A DNA stretch of 64,000 nucleotides, taken from contig NC_081386.1 in NCBI RefSeq assembly GCF_030684315.1, forward strand, positions 28,550,392 through 28,614,391, in the 5' to 3' direction. Source of the DNA: Stegostoma tigrinum (taxonomy: Eukaryota). How positions within the stretch are numbered: position 1 is the stretch's first letter; every line of letters begins with the position of its first letter. The translations under genes and the position numbers were made by a program. Below, one piece after another: positions 51,963 through 63,792 of this stretch. The notes below the pieces were generated by a model, which was not told the DNA's origin, made no database searches, and saw only the letters and a list, made by a program, of their open reading frames with translations.

Positions 51963-52606
51963 CTCTCCTGCCTTGTTTTCTCTTTCACTCCCTCTTATTT
52001 ATCTTCTTGTTGTCTTTCTGTCTCCCTATTTTCTCTTGTTCTTACTCTTTCTCCTTCATCTCTACTTTGTTCTTTCTCACACATTCTCTCTTTCTATATG
52101 CATGTTTGCTGCTGCAAAGGGATGTATGTGAATTAGCGGAGCTTAGGCACTCAGGTTACATTTATGCCGTTATTCTCGCTGGAGATTTTATGGGTGACAT
52201 GGAGCCTTTTGTATTGTATCTTATGGAAGTGCTTAAAAATATTTTGCTTTTTAGATTTTAAAAAGAAATATTTTGAAATAGGATCAGAAAATGATGAATG
52301 TCTAATGGGTCAGTTGGCATCTGAAAACAAATGCGAGGTTAACCGTTCTGCTGGAACTTTTACCAGACATTGCATTTATTTTATCACAGGCTGTGGGTAG
52401 CACTGACTAGACCAGCAGTTCTTACCCCGAACATAATTACTCTCAAGGAAATGATGGTGAACCTCCATCTTAAACTCATGCTGGTGTAGATACATCCACA
52501 GTGCTGTTGAGGGTGAGTGTGAGAGTTCTGGGGAGTGTGATATCTTGTCCTTTGAAAGACAAATGCCAGCATTTCCTGAGTGTTCAAGAAAAGAGCCATG
52601 TCCAAC

Positions 52607-52828
52607 TGAACTAACTGCGCAGAGGCTGGTATCCCTTCATCAAGTCACCCTTTATTTACATGTGCACAGTACATGGGCTCTGACCAGCCAGTCCCTAGAA
52701 TGAAGAGACTCTCCAAATCTCCTGTTATATCTGTCAGCCATGGTTTCCTGAATTGCCCAGGTTAACAAACCCAGTCAAGGATCTCATAGTCAATGGATCC
52801 ACTTGGACCTGGTTCCAATCACTATGCA
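52607..52828 (-). mobile_element. Solo LTR of the Gypsy family
   Basis: Reverse complement matches 42468-42694 (caagtcaccctttatttaca, atatctgtcagcca). Confidence 0.75.
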
Positions 52829-53556
52829 AACTCAAAATGTTAACTCTTTTTCTCTTGCTACAGATGTTGCCAGATCTGCTGAGTTTCTCCAGCATTTGTT
52901 GGCCTTGCCCTGTTCCTTTCAACTGTTCCAACTCTGTGTTGAGAGAACTTTGCCTTTCTGCATTGGAATCTTTGAACTCCCTTCTAAACAGCACTATGGT
53001 TGACCCTACACCACATTGTATACAGTGGTTCAAGAAGGCAGCTCACCTTTACCTTGTCACAGACAACTAGGGATGGATAATAAATGTTGACCCAGCCAGT
53101 AATGCTCACGTCCCATAATTGAATTTAAAAACTATGATAAGGCAGATCAGCATTCAAGAAAGTAATATGTTAGTTAGCTAGTATCAGCCTAAAAATCTTG
53201 AATGAAAGCAAAATACAAAGTATGAGTCATACTACGCTTAAAATGTTAATTCACTCTGCTCCTCTCTCCATAGATACTGCCAGAATTTCTCCAGCTTTTC
53301 CTGTGTTAGCTTTGGTTTAAAGTACTTTCAGATCAACTTCAGTACAGATTAAATACAGAGTAAATCTCTCTCCCTATCTTGTTCCAGCAAGTACTCCCAA
53401 GTAAGATAAAGTTTCAGTCAGGTGCTCAGTAGAACTCTGCACTGCCCCAACAACATGACTGAATCTTGGTTTCAACTGAAGGTGCACTTGACAGAACTAA
53501 AGTGCAGTTTCTACTCTGAGACCTCCACTGACTGTTGTAGTCTTTCCCTTTAACAG

Positions 53557-53706
53557 GACAGCTACAGAGGACACTCCTCTGTCGAAGATGCGAGTGCGGC
53601 TATGGAACTTTTTAAACTCGTGGATATAGTGTGGGAACTGCACCTCCGTGAGGGACGCAGAGTGGAAATAGTGAACCGATTTGAGAATCGAAACAGATAT
53701 CAGTGA
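53557..53706 (+). CDS. ISG20: ISG20 last coding exon (not in the ORF track)
   Basis: ccctttaacag|GAC; DSYRGHSSVEDASAAMELFKLVDIVWELHLREGRRVEIVNRFENRNRYQ*; ExoIII HSSVED; spliced ORF is 193 aa. Confidence 0.92.
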   Translation, partial: DSYRGHSSVEDASAAMELFKLVDIVWELHLREGRRVEIVNRFENRNRYQ

Positions 53707-55016
53707 ATAAAACAGCATTGCCAGATTACGGAAAGGAACTCTGATTTTCGTGTATCACAACGAATGTGGAATGGTGTCTGCTGTTAACTCAAGATCAACA
53801 AGCTGCATTGCATTGTTTCATTTTTCTCTGCTTACATTTTCTGTTGCTTCCTTCCTGAATCGCAGTCTTAGTCTCCACATTCAAATGGCTTGCTGTGTTT
53901 GACCCCAGACTATTAGCCTGCTGACAGGCAGGGCTGGAAGGGTGGGGACTGCTTCACAGTTGATCCCAACATCTCTACCCCTTTAGAATCCTGCATTCTC
54001 TTCAGGAGCCACTGGGAGGCGATCAGGAACTTGAACCCTGACTGATTATTGATCCAGGCCCTCAGCCCTCCTGTCTTTAGCTCAGGGATTTGGGGCAATT
54101 GTAATGACTTTACTTGTGTCCTCGTTACTGTGGATTAAACATGGACCAGGGTGGTGTTGGGGAGGAGGGTGGGCGAAAGGTGAAGAGAGAGAGAAGGATG
54201 GTGGACTTTTGTTCTGTCCAACACAATACATCACATTCGGTAGTTCATTCACTCACTGAGGCATGGAGGATGTTTTAATGCAGCTGCTCCTGAATAGATT
54301 ACAAGAGCTCTTATTAGATCTGTTCTTAAAGACTTGTATGTGTGTGTGTGAATTTTGTGCTTCATGGGATGAGGGGAAATGTCATGCTGGTAAAGGATAC
54401 ATTTATCCATCTGAAGCACCTTTATCAGAAACAAGCACTTCCTAGGCCAAGGTTATGTCAATTTAACATCGACTTGTTTTGAAGCAACTCCACTCTGTCA
54501 CGCTGGATTGTTTACGCACTCATTGTTGGACAATATTTATTAATTCGACAAAAGTCTTTTGCCATCGTATATAAAATTACATCGGATAAACAGCACAGAA
54601 ACAAGGAATTCATTCCATCCTATCTGTGCTGCACCCCACACTGAGCCATTTGTCCACATCAGAAGCTGCCTTTGCAACCCTCTTGTTCCCTGGCCCCTCA
54701 TTATTTGATTGTTTCACCTTAAATTTACTGATAGCGTACCCCACAACCTCTCCTGGTGGTAGTGAGTCCCACTTTCTCGCCACTCTTGGGTAAAGAAGTT
54801 TCTTTCTTCTGAGCACCCCCCACCCCCAGACCCTCTGGATTTCTTGGTGACCATCCTGCATTGGTCGACTCTAGCTATGCTGAACCCCATTGTTTGTTGC
54901 AATTTTATTCACTCGTTAAAAGCCTTTTGTAATTTTGACGATCTCTATTAGGTCACCGTTTAGCCCTCTTCAAAAGAAGAAACCCAGCTTGTCAATCTTT
55001 TCCCTTTGTGTGAACT

Positions 55017-55204
55017 CAGCTGGTCCCGTACTCAGCTGGTCCCGTACTCAGCTGGTCCCGTACTCAGCTGGTCCCGTACACAGCTGGTCCCGTACACAGC
55101 TGGTCCCGTACACAGCTGGTCCCGTACTCAGCTGGTCCCGTACACAGCTGGTCCCATACTCAGCTGGTCCCATACTCAGCTGGTCCCATACACAGCTGGT
55201 CCCA
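55017..55204. repeat. 16-bp minisatellite (CAGCTGGTCCCRTACW) x ~11.75
   Basis: Units counted at 55017, 55033, ... 55193; no spacers. Confidence 0.97.
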
Positions 55205-55480
55205 CTGCAGTGTTGCCATTATGCAAACTTGTTTACTGTCTAACAATGCTCCACCTGCTGGGAGGTACAAGTATTGCACCTGTACGACTTGACACTTCAA
55301 TAAAACAGCCAAAGGGTCCACTGCCTAGAATTAGGGCAGATTCATAAAAATTCCCCTTCAAATTTCGCCAGTGGGGCAGAAGCTGCGAAGGAGCAGGTTA
55401 ATTTGAAATGCTGCAGATGAGAGGGAAAAATGGTGAGATCAGACCATGTCAAGGTACATAAATAGGAAAGGATTGGAGGG

Positions 55481-55682
55481 ACAAAAACAAAGTTGCTGGA
55501 AAAGCTCAGCAGGTCTGGCAGCATCTGTGAAGGAGAATCAGAGTTAACGTTTCGGGTCCGGTGACCCTTAGAAGGGTAAGTTCGGAGGAAGGGTCACCGG
55601 ACCCGAAACGTTAACTCTGTTTTCTCCAGTAACTTTGTTTTTATTCCTGACTTACAGCATCCGAAGTTCTTTTGGTTTTTAT
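55481..55682. mobile_element. Head-to-head palindromic Penelope-type repeat with hammerhead-like motif
   Basis: Perfect 31-bp inverted repeat 55539-55569/55589-55619, outer arms 55483-55500/55625-55642; CGGAGGA-A-GGGTC-accg-GACCC-GAAA-CGTTA. Confidence 0.8.
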
Positions 55683-56756
55683 AAGGTTTGGAGGGACACG
55701 AGCAGGCAGGTGGGAAAAATTCCGTTTGGGATTGTGTTCGGCATGGACTGGTTGGACCGAAGAGTTTGTTTCCGTGCTGTATGACTCTGTGAGAGCGAGA
55801 GTCTCATTTAATGAAAAGACAGTCCACGCAGGACGGAGTAGCAAAGCCAGAACCTACGTGGGTTGTTCAGAGTAATGTTGGAAGCTGCATGTGCAGTTAG
55901 AGAACAAGTGCAATGGACTTGCAGAAGCTGAATAGTCACTTCTCACCTTGTGTCATCTTATTTTCTTTTTGAAAAAGTGAGACAATGAATAATGTATCAT
56001 GAAGATTGCTGTCAATGCATGTTGGTACTGTACTCTGACTGCTTTGCCAGCTTAAGCAAAGTTTGAAAACCTGAGGATTCCTCCTTTCCACTACGTTTTG
56101 CTGTGTACAAATCAGCGATGTCAAAATAGCAATGACTGCATTCTTTTTTTAATGCGACATTGGCCAAGGCCAGCATTTCTAATTGCCCTTGATCTGTGCG
56201 GCTCCCTAGGGCTGTATCAGACGATAGTTGAAAATCACTACATTGTTGGGGTCTAGAGTCACATTTAAGTCAGACCAGGTAAGGAAGGCAGATTTCCTTC
56301 CTTAAAGGATGTTAGTGAACCGGATGGATTTTACTCCAATCACAACGATAGCATCATGGTCACCGATTGGCTTCATATTTCCAGATTTAAGAACAGAATT
56401 TAAATTCTGCTGGATGTTATTTGAATGTCATGTATCCCAAAACATTCACCTTGGCTTCTGGTTGAATAATTCAATAACAATTACCAATTACCATCAATCT
56501 CTCCCCAAAACTATTTCCAATGTAACTTGCGGGAAACAGCCCAGGCATATGAGAAGCACAATATAAAAGAATGATGATATTTTCTTTCCTAAGCAATGGA
56601 TGGAATTTGAACAAGTGAGGCTAAAGCCTGCCCCACTGCCCAAGGAGCTGTGCTTGAGGAACCTCGACCAGTCTCAGGCTGGTGTGACACTTCCTCCATG
56701 TAGAAGAGCCCACATTTTTCCTTTAACCAACACCATCAAAAATAGGTCATTTATTC

Positions 56757-57051
56757 CAGCAGCACAGTGGTTAGCACTGATGTCTCACAGCACTAGGGAC
56801 TTGGGTTCAATTCCAGCCTTGGGAGATTGTCTGTGTGGGTTTGCTCCAGTTTCCTCCTACAATCCAAAGACGTGTGGGTTAGGTGATTCAGCTATTCTAA
56901 ATTGCTCTGTGATGTGCAGTTCGGGTGGATTCGCCATGGGAAATGCAGGGATAGGGCAGGTTTGTGGGTCTGGGTCAGATGTTCTTTAGAGGGCTGGTGC
57001 AGATGTGATGGGTTGAATGGCCTCTATCTGCACTGTAGGGATGCTATTCTA
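56757..57051 (+). mobile_element. HE1/V-SINE-like SINE
   Basis: cagtggttagcact...cacagc...gggttcaattcc (A/B boxes); same body as 45863-46186. Confidence 0.78.
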
Positions 57052-60000
57052 AACTGCAATATGTGGGACCTTAAATGATTACTGTGTTTGTCAATGGAAC
57101 AATGATTACATTCCAAAGAAAAAGAAGAATGATTGCGTGCAAAGATGTTTTGGGTTGTCCCAAAGATGACAAGGCTCTATTTAAATGCAAGTTCTTTAAA
57201 ATGGTGATGACACTTTTTTTTACTTTGGGACATAGAAGGTACATCACAGTTGAGTCTGTAATTGTTCCCAAGTTGAAACCAGCTAACAGCACATGTTGGT
57301 TATCAAAAACTAGTCCTGGCTTTAAGCTACTAGCTGTATTCCACCTGAATCATGTACTCAATTGTACCATCAGGGAGGCAATGAACAAAACACCTTTGTC
57401 CTATTTAGCCACAGTGTCGGCAAAACGCTATCTAATTCCCTCTGTTCTAAGTTGCTTTCTCCCTGCAATAATTCTAACAGCACTTCAGCATCTAAACGAA
57501 AACTAAACTGGAACTAGAAACAATTAATCATCAAATTTACTTTTATTCAGTGAGATGGGTGAGTGAAAATTGAAATGATCTAAACATATAGTGATTGATA
57601 GAATCAAATTTCTGATTGAAATCACACAAACACATCTTCAAATGTGTACAGCCATTGAATAAATTCAGGCATTACAAGCATTATGAGAGAATTGTACATC
57701 TCCTCAATATACAGGACTTATGTCCCTGATTTAATCATCAACACACTATTCCTATTGCATAATATTTCATATACTCCATGAGAGGGTAACTCAGATTGAG
57801 ATTCATGAGGTCCCATTGACAGGGGATATGCTACCATCTGGGATCATTCTGTCTAGACACCAACTACTGAATCCATAGCCAACTTTGGCCCTGTTTAATA
57901 TGTGACACCAGAGCAAAATGTGCTGATTTCTGTACCAGCTATGTTCTTCTGTGTCGGTAAGGTCCATGTGCCCTGTGAGGCACTGTGACCCAGGGCAACA
58001 TGTCAGCCTCTCTGAATAGTATGAAATGTATAAAAAAAAGGAAGAGATCAGTGTAACTCTAGTGACATTGCCATTACGCTGGCCAAAGGCATCGTTAACT
58101 ATTTATCTCTTAGCCCTAGCTCTTGGAGCAGACCGGAGTTGGGCTGCAGATTGGCAGGGAGGGGTTGATACCATTCCTGGGGATAAATCAGCTTGAATGA
58201 CTTAGATCTGATCATCAACTCCTTCTAACCATGTAGTTTCAACTCTCTCTCCATGAGGTGCTGGCCACTACATTGCTGGAAGTGCCAACTCATTCTGTGG
58301 CATGACTTTGCCTTGTTCTTCAGCCAATACCGACTTAAACACTATTTTTTCAGGAACTAACACAGATGGAGAACGGGACAGGTGGAGACGGTCTTTTTTC
58401 TGGTGGCATGCTCCAGTCCAACATGTTATCAGGTGGCATGCAAGCAATCTGTGAATGTTCAACAAAATTGTGGGTCTCGTCCTGTACTCCTGCCAACTGT
58501 TTATCCCTCAGACACCTCAGTTATCCCTCAGTCAAACACAGATGATCAGGTCAAAAATCACAATGCTATATGCAAGAGTTTGCAGTGAGAACATTGGCTG
58601 CTGTGTTTTACATATAACAACACCTCTAAAACATGTAATTGGCTGAGACACATTTAGCACATACAGAGATCATGAACGGCACTATATAAATGCAAGTTGT
58701 ATGTTCCCCGGGTGAAAATTAGTGAGTTAACAGGAGGCATAACCTAGTGTATCAGGAAAAATGAGATTTTCAGTAGCAAAGAGCAATTGAATTGCACTGA
58801 GACTACTCTGAACCTATTATATAATCAACTGATCCCATTTAGTGGCACTCAGGACCTCATTTAACAGGATTCATTAAAGAGTGGGGGTTTATATAGCCTC
58901 ATTTATTCTCTATCTGAACTATTCTTTTCCTGCATTCTGTTCAGTTGAGAGCCTGCAGCCAGCAGTCTTTACACCGCACATGTTTAAACACTATCTGTGA
59001 TGTGATAATTACTCTTAGAATAAACCTGGTGCTCATATCAAGACAAGAGGTAACTGGGAATCAGTGCCCAAGCAACTAGCTACTTGCAAGGTTTTGCTAA
59101 GAAAATTCATTCTGGGATGTGGGTATTGCTGGCTAGGCTAGCATTTATTACTCATCCCTGCTACTGAGTGAGATATCTGTACTCCAGTCCAGCTGCATCA
59201 GTCACGTGTGATGATTATTTTCTCACTGGGGTAGAATAGAATTGTACATTTTCTGTCAATTCACTAGCACAGAATGGAGGCATATCACTCAACTCATCAC
59301 ATCCAATCCCCTAGTCTATTTGATAGTGCAAAAGTTAAGTATTGCTTTTAAAAAAAGACACATCTTGTTGAAGCTTTTCGTCTTGCATTTATCAGGACAA
59401 TTTGCAAAAAACTGAATGAAAGGGAAAACAACATTGATATCATATGAGAGGAGAGTACTGATTGGTTGGCAAGTGGATTCTGATTGGTAGAGGCATTGCT
59501 AGGAGAATGTGATGAATGATGATGACTGACAGTTAATTGCCAAATTTTGTTTAAATTTTAAAGCAGTCAAGTTGACTCTGATTGGCAAAGGTATTGTCCT
59601 GAGACATGAGCCAGTGAATAGCTGTTAGCTATTTTGTTGTACAGAAACAGGTGCACACATGTACATGTTCTTTCTACCTGCAAAGACATTGTCCTGTGCA
59701 TTAATATACAGTATATATTCCACATTGATGTACCACACTGTAAAGCTGATGCACAATCACACCAAATGTTGGACACTGTATTGTGATATGTGCAAGTGCG
59801 GGCTGTTTGGCTACAATCAATACCCTGCTTGTTTTAAACAGCTGAAGAGATGTGTTGCTTGATGAGATCTACCAGACACACAGCCTACACACCTAATATC
59901 ATAGCATCACACATGTTCTGCCTATCACACGAATGAACAATGTGGTATATTGAATTTCACCACCTCTCGTACAGCATAAATGTTATTCTGTCTTTACAGT

Positions 60001-60719
60001 GGTATTCTTGTGAATTATCCGATCAGTGTAAGACAAAAAGCTTTGACAAAATGTGATGGAAAAGGTGAAAATTGTTGATGTTACTAAAGCACTCGTGAAG
60101 TAATCAGAGCAGTCTTGTAATGTCATTATTACCGAGTTTAATGATGCTACACCAGGGACTCCACACAAAACAAGTTTTTTTTTAACCTGTCTTATATCCT
60201 CTCCTTTTGGACAACAGTATGCTGGCATGAATCCGTATGATGGGCAAGGTTATGCCAGATCAAATGGCATCCCTTCATAACAACGGGCACTTGACATGAT
60301 CCAACTGAATAGATCTGAGACCTAAACAGCCTACTCTTGTTCACTTGTTCCTAACCCACATTGAAGGGCTGAAGCCCAAAGTACGGGCTGCCCCTAATCT
60401 GAAAGAATGAGTTGCGGAGGCGTGGGTAAAACAGAAAATAAGGACTTGTTGACAGCAAGCTCTGGTTTGGTTGATTGTTGGGGGAAGTGAGGCTTGATTT
60501 ATCATGATTCTGGGATCCATATGAGGAAGACAAGGTCTGAAGCATCCACTTCAAACAAAGGTGAGGATAAAGTGAAGAGGATCAGTGTAAGACATAGCTT
60601 TGAAGGAGCAAGAAAGGAGATTGCTGAGGAAACCTGATGTTAATTATTTTCATTAAATTGGCAAAATCAAATGGGGATGACAATATGCAGTATGGAGAGG
60701 GCTTGGTAGATGGAACCTA

Positions 60720-60965
60720 AAGATATTATTTGGCTTTGCCAATCAGACGATTTGGTCTTTCCTCATTTCCCCACCCAGGGGAGCAGGAGGCATTGGATAT
60801 CAGAGTCCCATTCACATGAGCTTGGATTTCATAAGCAGTGAGGGGCAACTGGTCAAAGAGGAAATTATACATTGTGATGACAGGCTTAGAGATTGAGGAG
60901 ACGAGGCCACTCAACTTGAGATCATTGGAGATAGTGAAGCCGAGAACCTCAAAATGTGTAGATTC
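60720..60965 (-). mobile_element. Old LINE RT C-terminal remnant
   Basis: Minus strand EVLGFTISNDLKLSGLVSSISK resembles the LGVxIxxDLxW motif. Confidence 0.4.
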
Positions 60966-61094
60966 ATTAAAGTGTGGAACTATTAGAGATGTCTAGTTGC
61001 CCATTTCAAAGTATTATGGGTCTTGGTCACCTGACACCAATGATATAGTCTGTGGTGAAGTCCATTGTGTGTGAACCATGATTTCTCTCTTTTC

Positions 61095-61495
61095 TAACAC
61101 CACATACACCCTTAACCAATGCCGCTAACTCCCTTAACCGACATTACAGACACCCTCAACTAACAATATAAGTTCTCCTAACAAACCTTACGAACACCCT
61201 TAACCATAATTGCAGACAGCCAGAACCAACTCTATAAATTTAAAAAATGCCACAAGCTCCCTTAACAAAACTACAAACACCCTTCACCTTGAACACCTTA
61301 AACCAGAAACAAATTTCCCTTTACAAACACACTTCATCGACAATTCAAATTCCTTTAAGCAACACAACAAACACTCCTAACCAAGATTATGAACATGCTT
61401 AACCAGCACTAAAAATCCCCTTATCAAACACTACAAACACCCTTTACCAATATCTACAAATACCCTTAACCAATCCTACTAATTTCCTTTAACCC
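61095..61495. repeat. Degenerate A/C-rich ~20-bp tandem repeat
   Basis: Recurrent acaaacacccttaacc-like motif at ~20-bp spacing. Confidence 0.7.
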
Positions 61496-61900
61496 TGTCT
61501 ACAAGTGCGGTTTATCTGGTCAGGCATCCATTTGGCATTTTGTGGAAGCTGGCCGAATGCAAATTGATTACAATGTTCTGCATGTAAACATTGATGGCAC
61601 TTCAGCCAGTCAAGTGATTGGGGACATCCTGATGTCATGACAGGCACTATATAAATGCAATTTTTAAAATGGTTGTCAGGTTGCCCTATGGCTGAAGATG
61701 TTTTCTCCATCTTGAGAAATGGTAACTGTTAGCCACAGGTACAAACATCTCTCCCTCTCACTTTGCAACTTGTAGTTAACTAGGGGCTAGTTTCACTGAC
61801 TATAATTTTCTCTTTGACCACCGCATGTTGATTGTCACATGATATCTATGCTACAGTAATGCTTCACATTTATGTCGAGTGGCCCATAGCTGTTAGGTGG

Positions 61901-62137
61901 TTACGTGGTGGCCACACTTGTGTTGGCCCTTTTGTCGGTGAAGAATCTCTTCAGGATAATCACCTGGCCCACAGTGACCAGGAAGAGGATGATGGTCTCA
62001 CTGGATGCCCAGTAGATGATATGGGTGTTCATGTCTTCTGCATGCAGGCGATCGATCAATGCTTGTATCCGCTGTTGTGCCTGCATGCTCATCACACTCC
62101 TGAGTGCAGTATGGATGGAGAGGCAGGAGGCTTCCAG
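61901..62137 (-). CDS. Last coding exon of a p24/TMED gamma-family protein (TMED3/TMED7-like); upstream exons not found in the window
   Basis: ccctcctcag|CTG; LEASCLSIHTAL...AEDMNTHIIYWASSET-TM helix-GQVIILKRFFTDKR parallels the TMED3/7 C-terminus (coiled coil, TM, FF motif); 78 aa + TAA. Confidence 0.85.
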   Translation of the reverse strand: MEASCLSIHTALRSVMSMQAQQRIQALIDRLHAEDMNTHIIYWASSETIILFLVTVGQVIILKRFFTDKRANTSVATT

Positions 62138-62204
62138 CTGAGGAGGGAACCAAAAAGAATTACACTGCAGTCTAACTTCCTGGGCCATTAACAATCAAAA
62201 GGGA

Positions 62205-62491
62205 ACTTAAAGACCAAGGAACACATTTTTAAGGTGAGAAGAGAGAGATTTAAAAGCAAAAGACATGGGGGGCAAATTTTTTTTATACAGTGGATGGTTT
62301 GCGCGTGGAATGAACTTCCTGAGGAAGTGGTGGATGCAGGCATAATTACAACATTTAAAAGGCATTTGGATAGTTACATGTGTAGGAAAGCTTTGGAGGG
62401 ATAGGGACCGGGAGGAGGCAGGTGGGTTTGGGATTATGTTCGACACGGACCAGTTAGGCCAAAGGGTCTGTTTCCGTGCTGTATGACTCTA
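62205..62491 (+). mobile_element. CR1 LINE 3' end in the TMED intron
   Basis: tggaatgaacttcctgaggaagtggtgg...tail gtgctgtatgactct. Confidence 0.85.
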
Positions 62492-63474
62492 AACAACAAT
62501 AGCGATGCTTCATAAAACTTTTCCTTAAATGAGATATGAGTGTTACTGGCCAAACCAGCATTTATTGTCCATCCTTAGCTGCCCTGGAACTGAGTGCTGC
62601 ACTAGGGCCATTTCAAAGGGGCAGTTAAGAGACACTGCTCAGAGTTCCACCAACACCTCAGAGGACAATAATGGCAGGTTTTTTTTCCTAAAGGACATGA
62701 ATTGAAGTGAATTGAATTGAATTGGTTTAGCTTTATTGTCACCATTTCAAATGAGTACAGTGAAAAGTTAATAAGTTGCCACTTACAACACCATTTTAGG
62801 TACAAAGGTACCTAGGTACAGCTTCTTCAGTTACTTGGCTACTTCCAGTGTAACAATGTCACCAACGCATTAGTGAAACCAATGGGCTTTGACATATTTG
62901 TTGATTGTTCCATGGTCACCAATACTGAGACTAGGTTAATACTCCAGACTGATTAATTAATAGAATGATCACCAGTTGCTGTGGCGAGATTTGAGCCCAT
63001 GCTCCCCAGAACATCAGTCCTGGCCCTAATGACTACTAGTCCGGTGACATTAATTGTACGTCGTGCTCTTCTGGTCACCCTATTCATTAGCACTGTCATT
63101 TTTCAAAATTATCTCTTTTGGACTCAGGATAATTGTTGAAATTTTGACCCAAACATCGGACATGCACCGGAATATAATCTCTCTGCGGCTCAGCCAAACT
63201 GCCCTGTGTGATTTATCCACAAAGCCACAACTGGGAGATGAGGAGAACTTGTTTTTAAATGCAGAGACTTGTCAATATGTGAAATGGGCTACTACAAAAT
63301 TATGTGGAAGCAGGTTCAATTATAACTTTCGAAGAGAAGTTGGACAAATATTTCAGCAAGAACAATTTAGCCAGTATATGCAAGGGAGTGACAAGGGGAA
63401 GGCAAGGTAAAAATAAAGGTAAGGGGGTGACACTCAAGGAGAGTTACTTCAAAGAGCCAACATTGGCATTTTTA

Positions 63475-63715
63475 TTTTCATTCTTTCATGGGATGTGGAC
63501 ATGACTGGCAAGGCCAGCATTCGTGTCTAGCTATAATTGCCCTTGAGTGGTTTAGCAGGTCGTATCATTGGATAGTTAGAAATTAACCATATTATTGAGT
63601 CTGAAGTCCTATGTAGACCAGACTGGGTAAGGGTGGCAGATTCTGTTTGCTAAAGGGCATGAGTGAACCAGTTGGATTTTTACAACCATTGACGATAGTC
63701 GTATGGTCACCTGCA
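63475..63715 (-). mobile_element. tRNA-headed SINE, partial
   Basis: gggatgtggac...ggccagcatt...atgtagaccagactgggtaagg family body. Confidence 0.7.
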
Positions 63716-63792
63716 TTTCCTCTAAATTTTACTGTCGCTGCACAGGCTTTCAACACAGTGACTTCTGGGACCGGAAGTCAACGTATCTACAC

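Noticed and set aside
55017-55204. CRISPR-like array or repetitive ORFs (54935-55347)
   Set aside because: Head-to-tail 16-bp units without spacers in a vertebrate locus; the ORFs are by-products of the repeat
57500-60600. Additional gene between ISG20 and the TMED exon
   Set aside because: Short ORFs without motifs; could be TMED 3' UTR (AATAAA on - near 57542) but this is unsupported
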